Virus record (IMG/VR): IMGVR_UViG_3300025097_002022
Coordinates: 16,058 to 80,057 of that record
Strand: one strand, 5' to 3'
Length of the DNA: 64,000 bases
Source of the DNA: a virus
Position numbers and translations under genes: made by a program. The notes under the pieces were generated by a model that worked only from the letters and a program-made list of their open reading frames with translations, was not told the DNA's origin and did not search any database. This document shows positions 1-10,987 of this stretch, piece after piece (the stretch's first letter is position 1; each line of letters starts with the position of its first letter).

Positions 1-3000
1 CAGTAAGAAAGGGCAAGACAGAACTGTTCTTCAATATCACGAACCAGTTGTACAACAGAAATATAAGGCAATGGAGTTGAATGGAAAGGCGTCTGGACTT
101 CCAGTAGAAGTTAAAGCAACTTATGGAAATCAAAAGACATACTTTGTCAACTCTAAGTTGAATGAGAAGCTAAACATAAACGAGAATCAAAAAACATCAG
201 CAGACTCTATGATCGATGGCTTTCGAGATGAAGAGAATCGCCTCGTCAATATCAAGTATTCTGAAAGTGTCTACCCAAGCGATGTAAACGTCTATCGTCC
301 ATACATCCGACAAAGAACCTCTTACGTCTCCTCATTTTGGCGAGATGATAGAGGGGACAGAAATCAGGTAAATGTCACAGGCGGCATGGGTATTGTTATT
401 CCAAGACGAAGCATGTGGCCCCTTGATGCCAGAACTGGATTCACAAGCAGTGCTTCTCCTGGAATTACCGTTGGCGTTCAAGATGATGTTGGATTCGAGG
501 GAACTCTTCAAAATCCGTACACCACTGTTCATAGCTATTATCCGGGCTGCGGCCCAGCACTTGGACCGTTTGTTCCAGGGGGATCAATCGCAAACATTAC
601 GGCATCTGCCATATATGCCAGGAGACACACTCTTGTTACAGGTTCGAGTGCAAGGGCAACTTCAACTGCATTTGAATTTCTGAATAGTGATCTTGTTCCG
701 TTCTCTGGAGATGCTCCGTGGGACGCAGGAGAGCAGTCTGGCAAGTATCCGTTCTATGATTCCTATAATGATTATGTCAGCGAGATGAGGACAATCGGAA
801 AGGATTATTCCATATTGCCTGAGTATCGTATGAGTGACAGAATCGACTATGTCGTAAAAGAAGGCGGAGATATCTTTGATGATATTTCCATGTTCTGCTT
901 AACTGGTGCCCTTGCGAATACAACGTCAAGCAATCAAGATAGCTTCTATAAGGTTTATAGTCATTCTGACTTTATGAAATACTTCAATGTGATTAAGAAT
1001 GATGTAACAGTGTCTTCAAGTCTATCTGGAAATCCAACTGAATTGACTATCCGCTGCAAAGCTCTTTTGAAACTGTTGCCATATGATGGATTCTACCCGG
1101 CAAGCAGAACTCTGCAAATGGCATCTTTATTCTCTCAATCGTATGGAAGCAATGTAGATTATGTAGCAGGTGCAAGTAATCCAGCAGGAGCTTTCCGTCC
1201 ATTTTTAACCCCATTGTTCGCGCCAGGAATTGTATTTAATACGATTAAGTCTGGAATTGCTGTGGATTTCCCCGTGCTAACTGACAAACTGTTCATTTCT
1301 GCCTCGGCAGACGCACAAAACTATTATATCAGTAACGAAATTTTTGATTACCGCGTTCCGTTCGAAGCGACGGTAGAACCTCAAAATTACTTAAAAAACC
1401 TCGCACTTATTGATATGGAGCCCCACCCATCGTGTTCTATAAATGCAACTGCATCGTGGAACGGAGACGGAGATTCGAGATATAGGCTTGCAATGCACAA
1501 CTTCTTGGCGGAAACCCCAGAATTCTTCTTGGAGAATCAATCATTTTCATCATTCATATCATCCCCCGAGGATAAGTTTAAGGAAGTAGAGGCAGGAAAG
1601 AAATATCATATGAGAGTAAGGGTGAGAAAATCTTTCCATGCGGAAGGCATATCGACTATCCAGCGACAAGCTTTCCCTCAAATCACGTCGGGTTCTGAGA
1701 CAATTTGCATGTATAGCAGACCTTCTGCCTTTGGACCACCCGTCCTTGGCGCGATAACAGGCGTTCCGATATTTGATTTAGTATCAGGATCTTATTTTGG
1801 AGGAAGTAATCTTGGAAACAATGGACCATTCACTCCTCCATATTACAACGGATCCGGAGAAGTCATATTCGAATTCAATCCAACTGAAAGCAAGAGATAT
1901 ACTCTACAAGAAATTCAGTCACAAATCACTTCATCTTACAGGAGATTCTTCGGCTGGAACATTATGACTTCCGGCTCAGGTCCTATGGGCAGCAACGGAC
2001 ACATTCGCCCGGAAACCAATTCTACTCAGATTTCAGCGTCTGTCAACTTGTTTGGAAAAGTATCATCGAAAGATTTATTCCAGTTTCAGAATGTTGAACT
2101 AACAGATAGAGATCAATGGGTAATTCAGACTAAATTCGAAACCCCAATATTGAACTTCATTGACGCATCTTCCAGCGCAACACCGATTGTTGATTCTGGT
2201 TTCTGTTCCGGCGGCGCAGAGACTCGCCCATACGGAATGTGGCATCAATACGGACGCCTTCCGACAGTCAATGAGGGCATTTATTTGGAGATAGACGATA
2301 TCCCATCTATTGTCGCTACTGATTACGGTGGTTCAGATGGCTCAATAGCGGATATCGTAGGATTTAACAAGACTTCTCAAAAATTGGGTAACGTTGCCCC
2401 ATCCAAGACAATTAGAGAAGCCGTCGTTGTTGTTCCTTTCGTGGAGCGCGACGGACAGAGAGTGTTCTTCTCGATAGATAAGAGAAAGATCGACACAGCT
2501 ATTAATGGATTTGAATCTGGACCATCTGCTAACTTATCCGAAGCCCCAATTCTCGCCGGAGACTCCATAAGACAGATGGTTGACTCAATGCAGCGATATG
2601 TTTTCCCACCAAGTATGGATTTCATCACATATCGCGACAATGTTGATCCATTTTCAATGTATGTGTTTGAATTCGAACACAAGCTAAATCAACAAGATTT
2701 GGTTGATATCTGGCAAAACTTGCCTCCCCGAATTGGAAGAGCATTCGACAAGGATGCTAAATTATCTACAAGCGAAATTATGCAAACTAAGGAAATAACA
2801 CATAGACTGAATGATGAACAGTTGCTATCAGACATTGATTCAAAACTCCAGTGGATGGTTTTCAAGGTTAAGCAGAAAGCTGAAAGAAATTATTGGAGAA
2901 AAACTGTCTTAAATAATATAAATACATCAATCCCGACAGAGCTAAGCAGCCAAGGCGGCTTGGCGAACACTCTTAATAAGAGCAGCGCATCTGACTTCCT

Positions 3001-3457
3001 GGCAGGCGGCTCCGCTAAGGGAACTATTTCAAAGGATGAGGAATTGTCAGTATCATATAACTGGCCATATGACTTCTTTTCACTTGTCGAATTGGCAAAA
3101 GTAGACGAAGAAGTCATTTTCGGATCACCAGTATCCGTCACAGTTGATAGAGACATTCCAGTTGGAACCAATCTTACTCAAGATGGCGTTACTGACTTCG
3201 TCGTATCCCCACCAGTCGCGGATACTATTGATAAGAATATCCCAGTTGGAACCAATTTGGACACATCGGGCATTCAGAATTCACCCACTGCACCCCAATC
3301 TGTGAATAAAAATGTGTCCACAACAACACTTTCTCAAGATGGAGTCTCTAAGGTTACAACAACATCTGTTAATCAAAGCGATGGCTTTGGGAGCAATCTA
3401 CAACAAGATGGAATCACAACTAATACCTCTTCAAAGAAGTCTGGTATTAAAAAATGA
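1..3457 (+). CDS. Large virion structural protein, 5'-truncated (frame open from the window edge)
   Basis: The frame of ORF 71..3457 has no stop from position 2 to the ATG at 71. Ser/Gly/Thr-rich, in a structural gene cluster, degenerate C-terminal repeats. Confidence 0.6.
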   Translation, partial: SKKGQDRTVLQYHEPVVQQKYKAMELNGKASGLPVEVKATYGNQKTYFVNSKLNEKLNINENQKTSADSMIDGFRDEENRLVNIKYSESVYPSDVNVYRPYIRQRTSYVSSFWRDDRGDRNQVNVTGGMGIVIPRRSMWPLDARTGFTSSASPGITVGVQDDVGFEGTLQNPYTTVHSYYPGCGPALGPFVPGGSIANITASAIYARRHTLVTGSSARATSTAFEFLNSDLVPFSGDAPWDAGEQSGKYPFYDSYNDYVSEMRTIGKDYSILPEYRMSDRIDYVVKEGGDIFDDISMFCLTGALANTTSSNQDSFYKVYSHSDFMKYFNVIKNDVTVSSSLSGNPTELTIRCKALLKLLPYDGFYPASRTLQMASLFSQSYGSNVDYVAGASNPAGAFRPFLTPLFAPGIVFNTIKSGIAVDFPVLTDKLFISASADAQNYYISNEIFDYRVPFEATVEPQNYLKNLALIDMEPHPSCSINATASWNGDGDSRYRLAMHNFLAETPEFFLENQSFSSFISSPEDKFKEVEAGKKYHMRVRVRKSFHAEGISTIQRQAFPQITSGSETICMYSRPSAFGPPVLGAITGVPIFDLVSGSYFGGSNLGNNGPFTPPYYNGSGEVIFEFNPTESKRYTLQEIQSQITSSYRRFFGWNIMTSGSGPMGSNGHIRPETNSTQISASVNLFGKVSSKDLFQFQNVELTDRDQWVIQTKFETPILNFIDASSSATPIVDSGFCSGGAETRPYGMWHQYGRLPTVNEGIYLEIDDIPSIVATDYGGSDGSIADIVGFNKTSQKLGNVAPSKTIREAVVVVPFVERDGQRVFFSIDKRKIDTAINGFESGPSANLSEAPILAGDSIRQMVDSMQRYVFPPSMDFITYRDNVDPFSMYVFEFEHKLNQQDLVDIWQNLPPRIGRAFDKDAKLSTSEIMQTKEITHRLNDEQLLSDIDSKLQWMVFKVKQKAERNYWRKTVLNNINTSIPTELSSQGGLANTLNKSSASDFLAGGSAKGTISKDEELSVSYNWPYDFFSLVELAKVDEEVIFGSPVSVTVDRDIPVGTNLTQDGVTDFVVSPPVADTIDKNIPVGTNLDTSGIQNSPTAPQSVNKNVSTTTLSQDGVSKVTTTSVNQSDGFGSNLQQDGITTNTSSKKSGIKK

Positions 3458-3492
3458 TTAATAAATGAGATAGGTTATTATTTACTATAGAT

Positions 3493-4566
3493 ATGGAATT
3501 TTTTAATAAAAAAGAAGAAGTCTTAGACTTACAGCTTACTCAATACGGCAAATACCTTTTGTCTCTTGGGAAACTGAAGCCTGTTTACTATGCATTTTAC
3601 GACGACGGTATTGTCTATGACTCGAAATACGCAGGATTTACAGAGAATCAGAATAATGCATCTTCTCGAATTCAAGAAGACTCCCCAAACCTGAAGACAT
3701 TTCATAACTTCCACAGCATCGAAGACGATATCTCAAAAGCGGTAAAAGAAAAGAACTCCGGCAACGAAGATCTCGCTCAATTAATGCTTCAACAAACTCC
3801 TGAAAAGTCACAAATCCTAATCAATCCACTTTCAAATTCCGATTTGGCAACTGATAAGATTCCATCATGGAACATTTCATTATTGAGCGGAGAGATATTA
3901 ACTGGAAGCACAACTTCAACTCTCACTCTTAGTGGTTCTGGAACAGTTCTCGATATTCCTCAAATCGAAGTCGAAGTAAAATATACTGTCAACGTTGAGA
4001 TGGGTGAACCTTTCTCTCAGCAAGAAATAGACGAGATTGCAAGAGGCGATGTCGATGGAGTCCCACAAGGTGTTTTGGAAAATACTCTACTCCCAGAAGA
4101 AGTCGTTAATTCTCCATCTAGTGAACGAATTTTTGATGACGGATCTTTTTTCACAATCAGTATGGATGATTTAATATTTCAAATTATTGAAGAAAATGTT
4201 TCACAAGGCAATGACAATTTTGAAGTAGAGTTGTTCGAGATAGAAGAAACCTCAAATACAACCGAGATAAAGCAACTACGCCTCTTGGTAGACTCAGATA
4301 ATATTGTGAACGACATCCTATTAGATGAAGAAGAGAGAAACAATCTACCAGTGTCCGAAATAGATAGCAGCTTCGCTGATTATTATTTTGAAATTGAGGC
4401 AGATGATGAAATAGATGCTGCCACAATCTGTAGACTAATTAAAAATGGAGATAAGGATGATTACAAGTTCGCCAGAAAGGACTTTGAATGTCCTGACAAC
4501 GAGCCAAACTATCAGTTCCTTAATCCATATTCACAAAAGAGCGATTCAGATGCTTGCAAGGATTAA
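3493..4566 (+). CDS. Structural protein, paralog of 10066..10977 (baseplate/fibre-attachment type)
   Basis: N-terminus VLDLQLTQYGKYLLSLGKLKPVYYAFYDDGIVYD parallels IILDAVLTDTGRLRLAKGDGSFNIVKFAFGDDEVNY; late-type motif just upstream. Confidence 0.55.
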   Translation: MEFFNKKEEVLDLQLTQYGKYLLSLGKLKPVYYAFYDDGIVYDSKYAGFTENQNNASSRIQEDSPNLKTFHNFHSIEDDISKAVKEKNSGNEDLAQLMLQQTPEKSQILINPLSNSDLATDKIPSWNISLLSGEILTGSTTSTLTLSGSGTVLDIPQIEVEVKYTVNVEMGEPFSQQEIDEIARGDVDGVPQGVLENTLLPEEVVNSPSSERIFDDGSFFTISMDDLIFQIIEENVSQGNDNFEVELFEIEETSNTTEIKQLRLLVDSDNIVNDILLDEEERNNLPVSEIDSSFADYYFEIEADDEIDAATICRLIKNGDKDDYKFARKDFECPDNEPNYQFLNPYSQKSDSDACKD

Positions 4567-7193
4567 TGTTTATGGCAAATAGTTGCGAACTATTCGGCGG
4601 CATCGTACCAGATGTTTTTGTTGATAGAGTATTTTTGGAATCAAGTTCAAAAGTCACTGTGAATCTGAAGCTGATTGATGTTCTTAAGTCCAATCAGTCT
4701 TTTTCTCTTCTCTCCGATGCTTTGGAAATAAAAACTAATTCTGAAACCATAAATCTTAGAAAGTATTTTAAGATTTGGTGCATTGCAATATATGATCAGG
4801 ATACAGCAAAAGGATTTGAAATGTTCGGCGCGGCTTTCGAGAACTCTCAATATATTTCAAAAACACTGGAAGATTTTACATCTCCCTATATCAATGCTGA
4901 TGGAAACGTCGAGTTAATACATTCTTTCGAATTCGGAATAGACAATCTTGAGCACTTAACCGTGTTCGCATACGTTCAACTTGATACAGAGACTTTACAG
5001 CGCGATTTCGATTTAGATCTTCCGGAATCCCTGTTGGGAATGCATGGCACAATAAGTCAATCATTAATAATTCAAGATTCTCAAGCCATTTCGCCTATTG
5101 TCCAAGATTTTAGAATCAGAGAAGAAATTACGGCGCTTGTAGCAGAGTTGGACGAACTAAGAGCAGAGCAGAGCACTTTCCCAGAACAGAGGGATATACT
5201 AAATCAATCATTTTCGAACAACTCCTATTTCTCAGAGTTCTTTGTAACAAAAGATAAGGATAGGAAATCTCGTTTTTATTTTGCCTTTGATTACGGAAAG
5301 TATGTTTTAGAAAAATCGAAATACTCCGCACTAATTGTAAACATGAGCGAGACTGCAAGAAAAGAAATAACAAATGAATCCGAAATACTTCAATTCATTG
5401 TCAGCAGAAAACAAGTATCAGGGAAACCAGCCAGAAACAGCCTTGGTTCTCCAGTGAGAAATTCCACATTATCTAATGAGACAGCAGAGGTTCCAGTTAT
5501 CTTATCACTTGACGATAGCAGGCTTAATGAAATAAGCTTAATACTATCAGATCAGCCAAGCACTTCTGATTCCTTTATAAGACACTTCACGGGATTAGAT
5601 ACTGGAATGGAAGTTCTTACCGATGGATATTACCAGTATTCAGTGAACATCGAAGTGATGGATGGATATGTTCCAGTTGTTAGGCGTGTGTTGAGTTCCT
5701 TAGCCACTGCAGTGGCAGATTATGAGAAATACGTCGCACTAACACAAATTCCCGGAGTTTACGATGAGAAGGTTAGGAAGTTTACAATAGATGGACAGAC
5801 AGTGATGAAAGGCTTGCGCCCTATAGAGTTCGGACAGGGTCAGGAGGAACAGCATCCTATAGATCTTGAGTCAATAGTTGACATATATATGAAATCACTT
5901 GGTTACTTTGTTGATGTTGACAATACTCCAACTACAAAATACGGCGGTATTACACAAAAACAATTCTATAAACTTAAAATACTAAATCTCATATCTCCGA
6001 CAACTGGCTCCATTGATGGAGTTCTTCTCTTCAGTAACTTATTGAATCAGCTTTTGGGACAAATCAGTGATGTATTAAGTGTTGGAAGTAATTCTGTCGG
6101 AGTAGAAGCGACAAGATCGAATAGAGCAGCAGATAGTATATCATCATTTAAGCTAAACACTTCTCAGACGAGAGAAGTATTTGATAATACAATTGGTGCA
6201 AGATTTATCAATGAGATATATATTGATAAAATTACTCCAGGTTTTGGACAAAAGTTTGATGGATTGTCAATATATACGACAACAGACTTGTCAAATGCAA
6301 TAGTTACTGAGGTTTCTCCCTTCAATTCTATTAGAGAGGGCAGTGAAGAATCTATGGAATCGAAAGGAATTGTTTTTAAGTTGGCACAGGATATTCCAGC
6401 TTTGTCCGGTGAGAGGCTTAAGGACTCTTCAAACTATCTTGGAAGTAATAGCCCCGGTGCAGAGAGTAATCTAAACACTACTGTTCTCAGCGCAGCAGAT
6501 CAGGCGGATTTAAATATAAATGATTTCCAATCAGTCCCTCCAGAAATTATAGCATCCTTTTCAGCCAGGCAAAAACCAACAAAGGACCAGCTAAAAACAG
6601 AAGTCGATGTCTTGGTTGGATTTATAGTTCCGGAGGTTGTTACTTCTGCGGAACGAGGAACAAACTTGTTTAACAAGCTTATGATTCGCGAACCAAAATT
6701 TGAAACAAAGCAGTTGGGAGAATTAACAACATCGTTTTCTACAGGGAGAGATACGTTCTATCTTTGCCGCCAGGATAGACAAGGAGACAAGGAGGTTATC
6801 AATAGCTTCTTTTTCATCCGTCCTTCTGCAACATTTGAACAGAATATCACGGTAGAGGCAGCACCAACAGTTACCAATCTGAGCACAGGATTCCAGGGCA
6901 ATATCACGGTAGAGGCAGCACCAACAGTTACCAATCTGAGCACAGGATTCCAGGGCAATATCACGCAGGCAGGAATAGGAGCACAAGTAGGCACAACGCT
7001 GCAGGACAATATTCCAAGAATAGAAACAAAAGCAAGAACAACGCTGCAGGACAATATTCCGACAGAGGTTATATTGAAGTCCACAACAGGTGCAGAAGCG
7101 CAGTTGGGTAATATTTCTAGAATAGATATCACTGTCCCTAAAGATACTACGGGACTAAGAGAAAAGCTTGCAAAGAACAGGGGAAGTAAATAA
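4566..7193 (+). CDS. Large hypothetical (probably virion) protein with repetitive C-terminus
   Basis: ~875-aa ORF; ATG overlaps the upstream TAA (TAATG). Confidence 0.6.
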   Translation: MFMANSCELFGGIVPDVFVDRVFLESSSKVTVNLKLIDVLKSNQSFSLLSDALEIKTNSETINLRKYFKIWCIAIYDQDTAKGFEMFGAAFENSQYISKTLEDFTSPYINADGNVELIHSFEFGIDNLEHLTVFAYVQLDTETLQRDFDLDLPESLLGMHGTISQSLIIQDSQAISPIVQDFRIREEITALVAELDELRAEQSTFPEQRDILNQSFSNNSYFSEFFVTKDKDRKSRFYFAFDYGKYVLEKSKYSALIVNMSETARKEITNESEILQFIVSRKQVSGKPARNSLGSPVRNSTLSNETAEVPVILSLDDSRLNEISLILSDQPSTSDSFIRHFTGLDTGMEVLTDGYYQYSVNIEVMDGYVPVVRRVLSSLATAVADYEKYVALTQIPGVYDEKVRKFTIDGQTVMKGLRPIEFGQGQEEQHPIDLESIVDIYMKSLGYFVDVDNTPTTKYGGITQKQFYKLKILNLISPTTGSIDGVLLFSNLLNQLLGQISDVLSVGSNSVGVEATRSNRAADSISSFKLNTSQTREVFDNTIGARFINEIYIDKITPGFGQKFDGLSIYTTTDLSNAIVTEVSPFNSIREGSEESMESKGIVFKLAQDIPALSGERLKDSSNYLGSNSPGAESNLNTTVLSAADQADLNINDFQSVPPEIIASFSARQKPTKDQLKTEVDVLVGFIVPEVVTSAERGTNLFNKLMIREPKFETKQLGELTTSFSTGRDTFYLCRQDRQGDKEVINSFFFIRPSATFEQNITVEAAPTVTNLSTGFQGNITVEAAPTVTNLSTGFQGNITQAGIGAQVGTTLQDNIPRIETKARTTLQDNIPTEVILKSTTGAEAQLGNISRIDITVPKDTTGLREKLAKNRGSK
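6843..6965 (+). repeat. In-frame tandem repeat, 57-bp period, two perfect copies plus a partial (NITVEAAPTVTNLSTGFQG)
   Basis: aatatcacggtagaggcagcaccaacagttaccaatctgagcacaggattccagggc at 6843 and 6900; partial copy at 6957. Confidence 0.95.
6993..7060 (+). repeat. 23-bp direct repeat, 45-bp spacing (TTLQDNIP x2)
   Basis: acaacgctgcaggacaatattcc at 6993 and 7038. Confidence 0.9.
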
Positions 7194-7194
7194 A

Positions 7195-10011
7195 ATGCCT
7201 ATTAAGAAATGTAATGATGTTTCCGAGGAACCTCCGGTCACCGACCCCGACACTGAACCCGGAAGCGATTCAGCGGTAGAACAGAATGAGGCGTCAAAAG
7301 TTAAGGAACTGTCCTATATCGGCAAGACATTAAAGATGGCAGAAAATGAAGTCTATGAGACTACCACAGCTAACTCATTCCTAAAATCACTGCTACCAGT
7401 AACAACATTTGGAAATGGATATGTAAAGTCCACTAGACCTTCCGACATATCAGATCCTCTCAGAGCAGAGGCAAGAAAATTCTTCTCCTTAAATAAAGAT
7501 GGGCAATTGGTTTATGTCAATTCCGATCTAAATGAGCTTGGCGCAAATGCAGACACTATCGCATCTTATGGAACATCCATTATTAGTATCGACACCGACA
7601 CCGCTCATCCAACTGAGGTAGCTGGCGATGTTTTTAAGAAATACAAGCAAGAAATAATAGCATCCAGTAAGTTAATTCGCGATTCTGGAGAGTCCAGCGC
7701 TTGGCTTGTCATAACCGAAGGCATGACGCTCACCGTCAACGGTGCAAGTTTTAGCAGGACATCTCCACTGATTGATGTAGAATCAACTTTCACAGATCAT
7801 CACACAGATATTACGATACCCTTTTCTAAAAAGGAATTGGAGAGATTTGCAAATAATGTTAATAATCCATCTTATGCGAATGTCGAATCGAAGTATAATT
7901 TCTTTTCACCGGGATATGAGGACTATATTAGTTCCGGAGACATAAAAGAATATCAATTGCAGAATCAATTTTCCAACATCACAAGAGAAGCATCTTATAT
8001 TCAAAAAGGACTCTTCAGTCAAGGAACTGACTTGACTTATGTGAAAGGAGTCCAGGCACTTCACGAATCTTCCTCTCCACCTTTTGATATTACTGAAAAA
8101 TACCAAAACATTGGAATCCCATCATCACAAGTTGTAGAATTGAACAAGGTTTTAGATACCGACGACTTGTATCCAATGATAAATTCAATTGAAATGAATA
8201 CAGACAGGGCTGGAAAACTATTATCATCAGCGGATAAATCAGGACTAACAGACAGCTTGCTCCAGCATGTAATGGATCAGACGATAATTTACCCTGACCA
8301 AAGAGTTTCGGCAGCCTCAAATAACGGCTTGGACTTTGTGATATCAGAAGAACAAATAGTCTTCACTGACGAACAAGTTTCCGTCGAGACAAAACAGAAG
8401 ACACAAATCATTCCACTCATTGATTTGGAAGAATGGATCATTTCTTATTTTTCCAAAGCTGGTGCGCTCTCTCTTGATAGTGGATTTAGCGACATATCCA
8501 TACTTCTTGGAGTTGATCCGAATTCAGTTGAGGAATCCGATGACTGTAGCCGTTTCACAAATACATTGAAGGCACTAATCTTGTCAGGAAAGATAAATCA
8601 GATTGTCGATGATAATTTCAGAACATTCGAAGAGATGCTGGAGGGGAAAGAAGCATATAACGAAACTGTCATCTACGAAATCAAAAAGACATCAACAGAT
8701 TTAAGCTCCACACAGAGAGTGTTCATTCCAAATACAGAGAACTTGGATGTGTTAAAGTATGTCGATACACAGGTTAAGTATAACAAAGGCTATACATATG
8801 AAGTGTTTGTACATCAATTAATAGTCGGAACGAAATATTCATACTCTACTGAAGGATTTTCTTCCGATTCCGAAAATGCCACAATGGACTTCGCTGTCAA
8901 CTACGAGCCTTCTCTCAAGATCGCCCGCATTCCAATCTATTCTCAGAAGACTTTAATATTGGACTCCGCCCCCGTGTTTCCAAATGTCAACATTATTCCA
9001 TACAAAGGAATTTCAGATCGCATTTTGATAAACATAAATTCAAATGTCGGAGATTACGAATTGAATCCAATTATCATAGATGATAGCGATGAACAGTTTG
9101 CAAAGAGCTATAGAGAATCGAGAAATATCGAACCATCTGATCCTATTAGATTTAAATCAGATGATCCCGTAAGCCGATTCGAGATATACAAGATGACTGT
9201 TCCTCCAATGTCCTATCAGGATTTCAGTGGCAAGTTGCTGGCAATAGTATCTACCAATGGCGCAACCTCTACCTCGTTTGTTGATGATGTCGAGCCAAAT
9301 ACCAAGTATTATTATACATTTAGATCTATTGATATTCATGGAAATCGCTCAAATCCAACCGATGTATACGTCGCTGAACTGGTTAAATTTGAAGGAATGA
9401 TATTTTTCAACACGAGAGTTTACAATTTTGAAGACATCTCATATGACAATGTCAAAGTATCCCGAGACTTCAGAAGATATTTAAAAATCAATCCAAACTT
9501 AGTACAATCTCTAATCAACTATGATCAGAGTCTCCCAGAAACCGCAACTTCTGCCTTTGATGCAACAAGCGTTTCTCTTGGCGCAGCGGGAGAGTCAGTG
9601 TGGAATAAGCGATTCAAGATGAGAGTTACTTCTAAGAACTCCGGAAAGAAGTTCGATATCAACTTTACCTGCAAGGCAGAATATAATCGCCCATCAGATA
9701 ATCCAGTAAGTCCACCCACCCGCGTTGTGTCGATTCCCAAAGTACTCACTGCCGACAACGTCAATAACGACTGGAGAAATGATAGTGGAGACAACGGCAA
9801 AACCGCCAGCGCTATCACCAAATCAACCGGAGAGGGGTTCAGTCTGAACGGAGCCAGCGGAAAGTCGCAGTCTGAAGACACTAAGTTCTCGGGCACATCA
9901 GCATCATCAGGAGCAAGTGCGGCAAAGGGAGATATTAGTGGCGACAAGTCTTCGGACACATCGACATCATCAGGGGCAGGCGCAGCACGAGGACACTTCA
10001 CCGCCAAATAA
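7195..10011 (+). CDS. Large virion protein with fibronectin type III-like segments and Ser/Gly-rich tail
   Basis: FN3-like motifs YVDTQVKYNKGYTYEV and DDVEPNTKYYYTFRSIDIHGNRS; ATG at 7195 directly after the upstream stop. Confidence 0.55.
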   Translation: MPIKKCNDVSEEPPVTDPDTEPGSDSAVEQNEASKVKELSYIGKTLKMAENEVYETTTANSFLKSLLPVTTFGNGYVKSTRPSDISDPLRAEARKFFSLNKDGQLVYVNSDLNELGANADTIASYGTSIISIDTDTAHPTEVAGDVFKKYKQEIIASSKLIRDSGESSAWLVITEGMTLTVNGASFSRTSPLIDVESTFTDHHTDITIPFSKKELERFANNVNNPSYANVESKYNFFSPGYEDYISSGDIKEYQLQNQFSNITREASYIQKGLFSQGTDLTYVKGVQALHESSSPPFDITEKYQNIGIPSSQVVELNKVLDTDDLYPMINSIEMNTDRAGKLLSSADKSGLTDSLLQHVMDQTIIYPDQRVSAASNNGLDFVISEEQIVFTDEQVSVETKQKTQIIPLIDLEEWIISYFSKAGALSLDSGFSDISILLGVDPNSVEESDDCSRFTNTLKALILSGKINQIVDDNFRTFEEMLEGKEAYNETVIYEIKKTSTDLSSTQRVFIPNTENLDVLKYVDTQVKYNKGYTYEVFVHQLIVGTKYSYSTEGFSSDSENATMDFAVNYEPSLKIARIPIYSQKTLILDSAPVFPNVNIIPYKGISDRILININSNVGDYELNPIIIDDSDEQFAKSYRESRNIEPSDPIRFKSDDPVSRFEIYKMTVPPMSYQDFSGKLLAIVSTNGATSTSFVDDVEPNTKYYYTFRSIDIHGNRSNPTDVYVAELVKFEGMIFFNTRVYNFEDISYDNVKVSRDFRRYLKINPNLVQSLINYDQSLPETATSAFDATSVSLGAAGESVWNKRFKMRVTSKNSGKKFDINFTCKAEYNRPSDNPVSPPTRVVSIPKVLTADNVNNDWRNDSGDNGKTASAITKSTGEGFSLNGASGKSQSEDTKFSGTSASSGASAAKGDISGDKSSDTSTSSGAGAARGHFTAK

Positions 10012-10034
10012 TTTGGTGTTTTATTGTTTCTGAT

Positions 10035-10044
10035 AACTATTTAC
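10035..10044 (+). promoter_or_regulatory. Putative late promoter motif AACTATTTAC
   Basis: Recurrent motif upstream of structural genes; followed by GGAG SD and ATG 10066. Confidence 0.65.
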
Positions 10045-10065
10045 AACAACATGGAGAATATATAA

Positions 10066-10977
10066 ATGGCATTTCTTGATAACTCAGGCGATATTATCCT
10101 TGACGCAGTCTTGACAGATACTGGAAGACTCCGTCTTGCCAAGGGCGACGGCTCTTTTAATATCGTGAAATTCGCTTTTGGAGACGACGAAGTAAACTAC
10201 GAACTCTACAACAAGAATCATGCAAGTGGTTCCGCATATTACGATATCGAGATTCTACAGACGCCAGTTCTCGAAGCGTTTACGAACAACACTTCAACAT
10301 TAAAGTCAAAGCTGCTTTCTATCTCAAGAACCAACTTGCTTTATTTACCCGAGATCAGAAACAACTCCACAGACGGCATCGCCCCCAACACTACAAATAA
10401 CATAGTAACAGTTGCAGTAGATGCAACAACCGTAGATACCTTAAACGGTTCAGAAAATTCACTCCCCGCTGGAATCATAGATGGTTCAGTTCTCGATTCA
10501 AATGCGACTGATAATCGTAGACTCCTATTCGATCAAGGAATCGTAAGTAACGCACTCGGCGCAACCGGAAAGGTTGATCTCGATTCAGATCTCGTAGAAA
10601 CTCAATATATTATAGAGTTAGATAATCGATTGGGATTTCTTGCAAACCCCGATGGAACGCAGGCGACACCATCCTTCATTGATGATGACAACATCGCCTC
10701 CTATTATTTGTCTCTAACTACAAACTCGGACTTCTTTGGAAGTTCCAAGCTTGGAGAAAACGGAAGTCCGGTAATCAAAGGACCAGCAGGATATCGACTA
10801 AGCTTTTTAGTGGGACCATCCACCGATCTGCAATCAAGCACCTTCCTATTCACTCAACTTGGAGGAACAAGCACTCTCGTTGCTGCTGTCTATCATATCG
10901 ATACAACTGTTCGAATCACAGGCGCGACAACTGGATATAGAGTCGATTTACCAATTAGATTTGTGAAGAAGCAATAA
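10066..10977 (+). CDS. Structural protein (baseplate/fibre-attachment type)
   Basis: DAVLTDTGR..LAKG..F.IVKFAFGDDEVNY N-terminus; SD and late motif upstream. Confidence 0.6.
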   Translation: MAFLDNSGDIILDAVLTDTGRLRLAKGDGSFNIVKFAFGDDEVNYELYNKNHASGSAYYDIEILQTPVLEAFTNNTSTLKSKLLSISRTNLLYLPEIRNNSTDGIAPNTTNNIVTVAVDATTVDTLNGSENSLPAGIIDGSVLDSNATDNRRLLFDQGIVSNALGATGKVDLDSDLVETQYIIELDNRLGFLANPDGTQATPSFIDDDNIASYYLSLTTNSDFFGSSKLGENGSPVIKGPAGYRLSFLVGPSTDLQSSTFLFTQLGGTSTLVAAVYHIDTTVRITGATTGYRVDLPIRFVKKQ

Positions 10978-10987
10978 GGATATAAAC

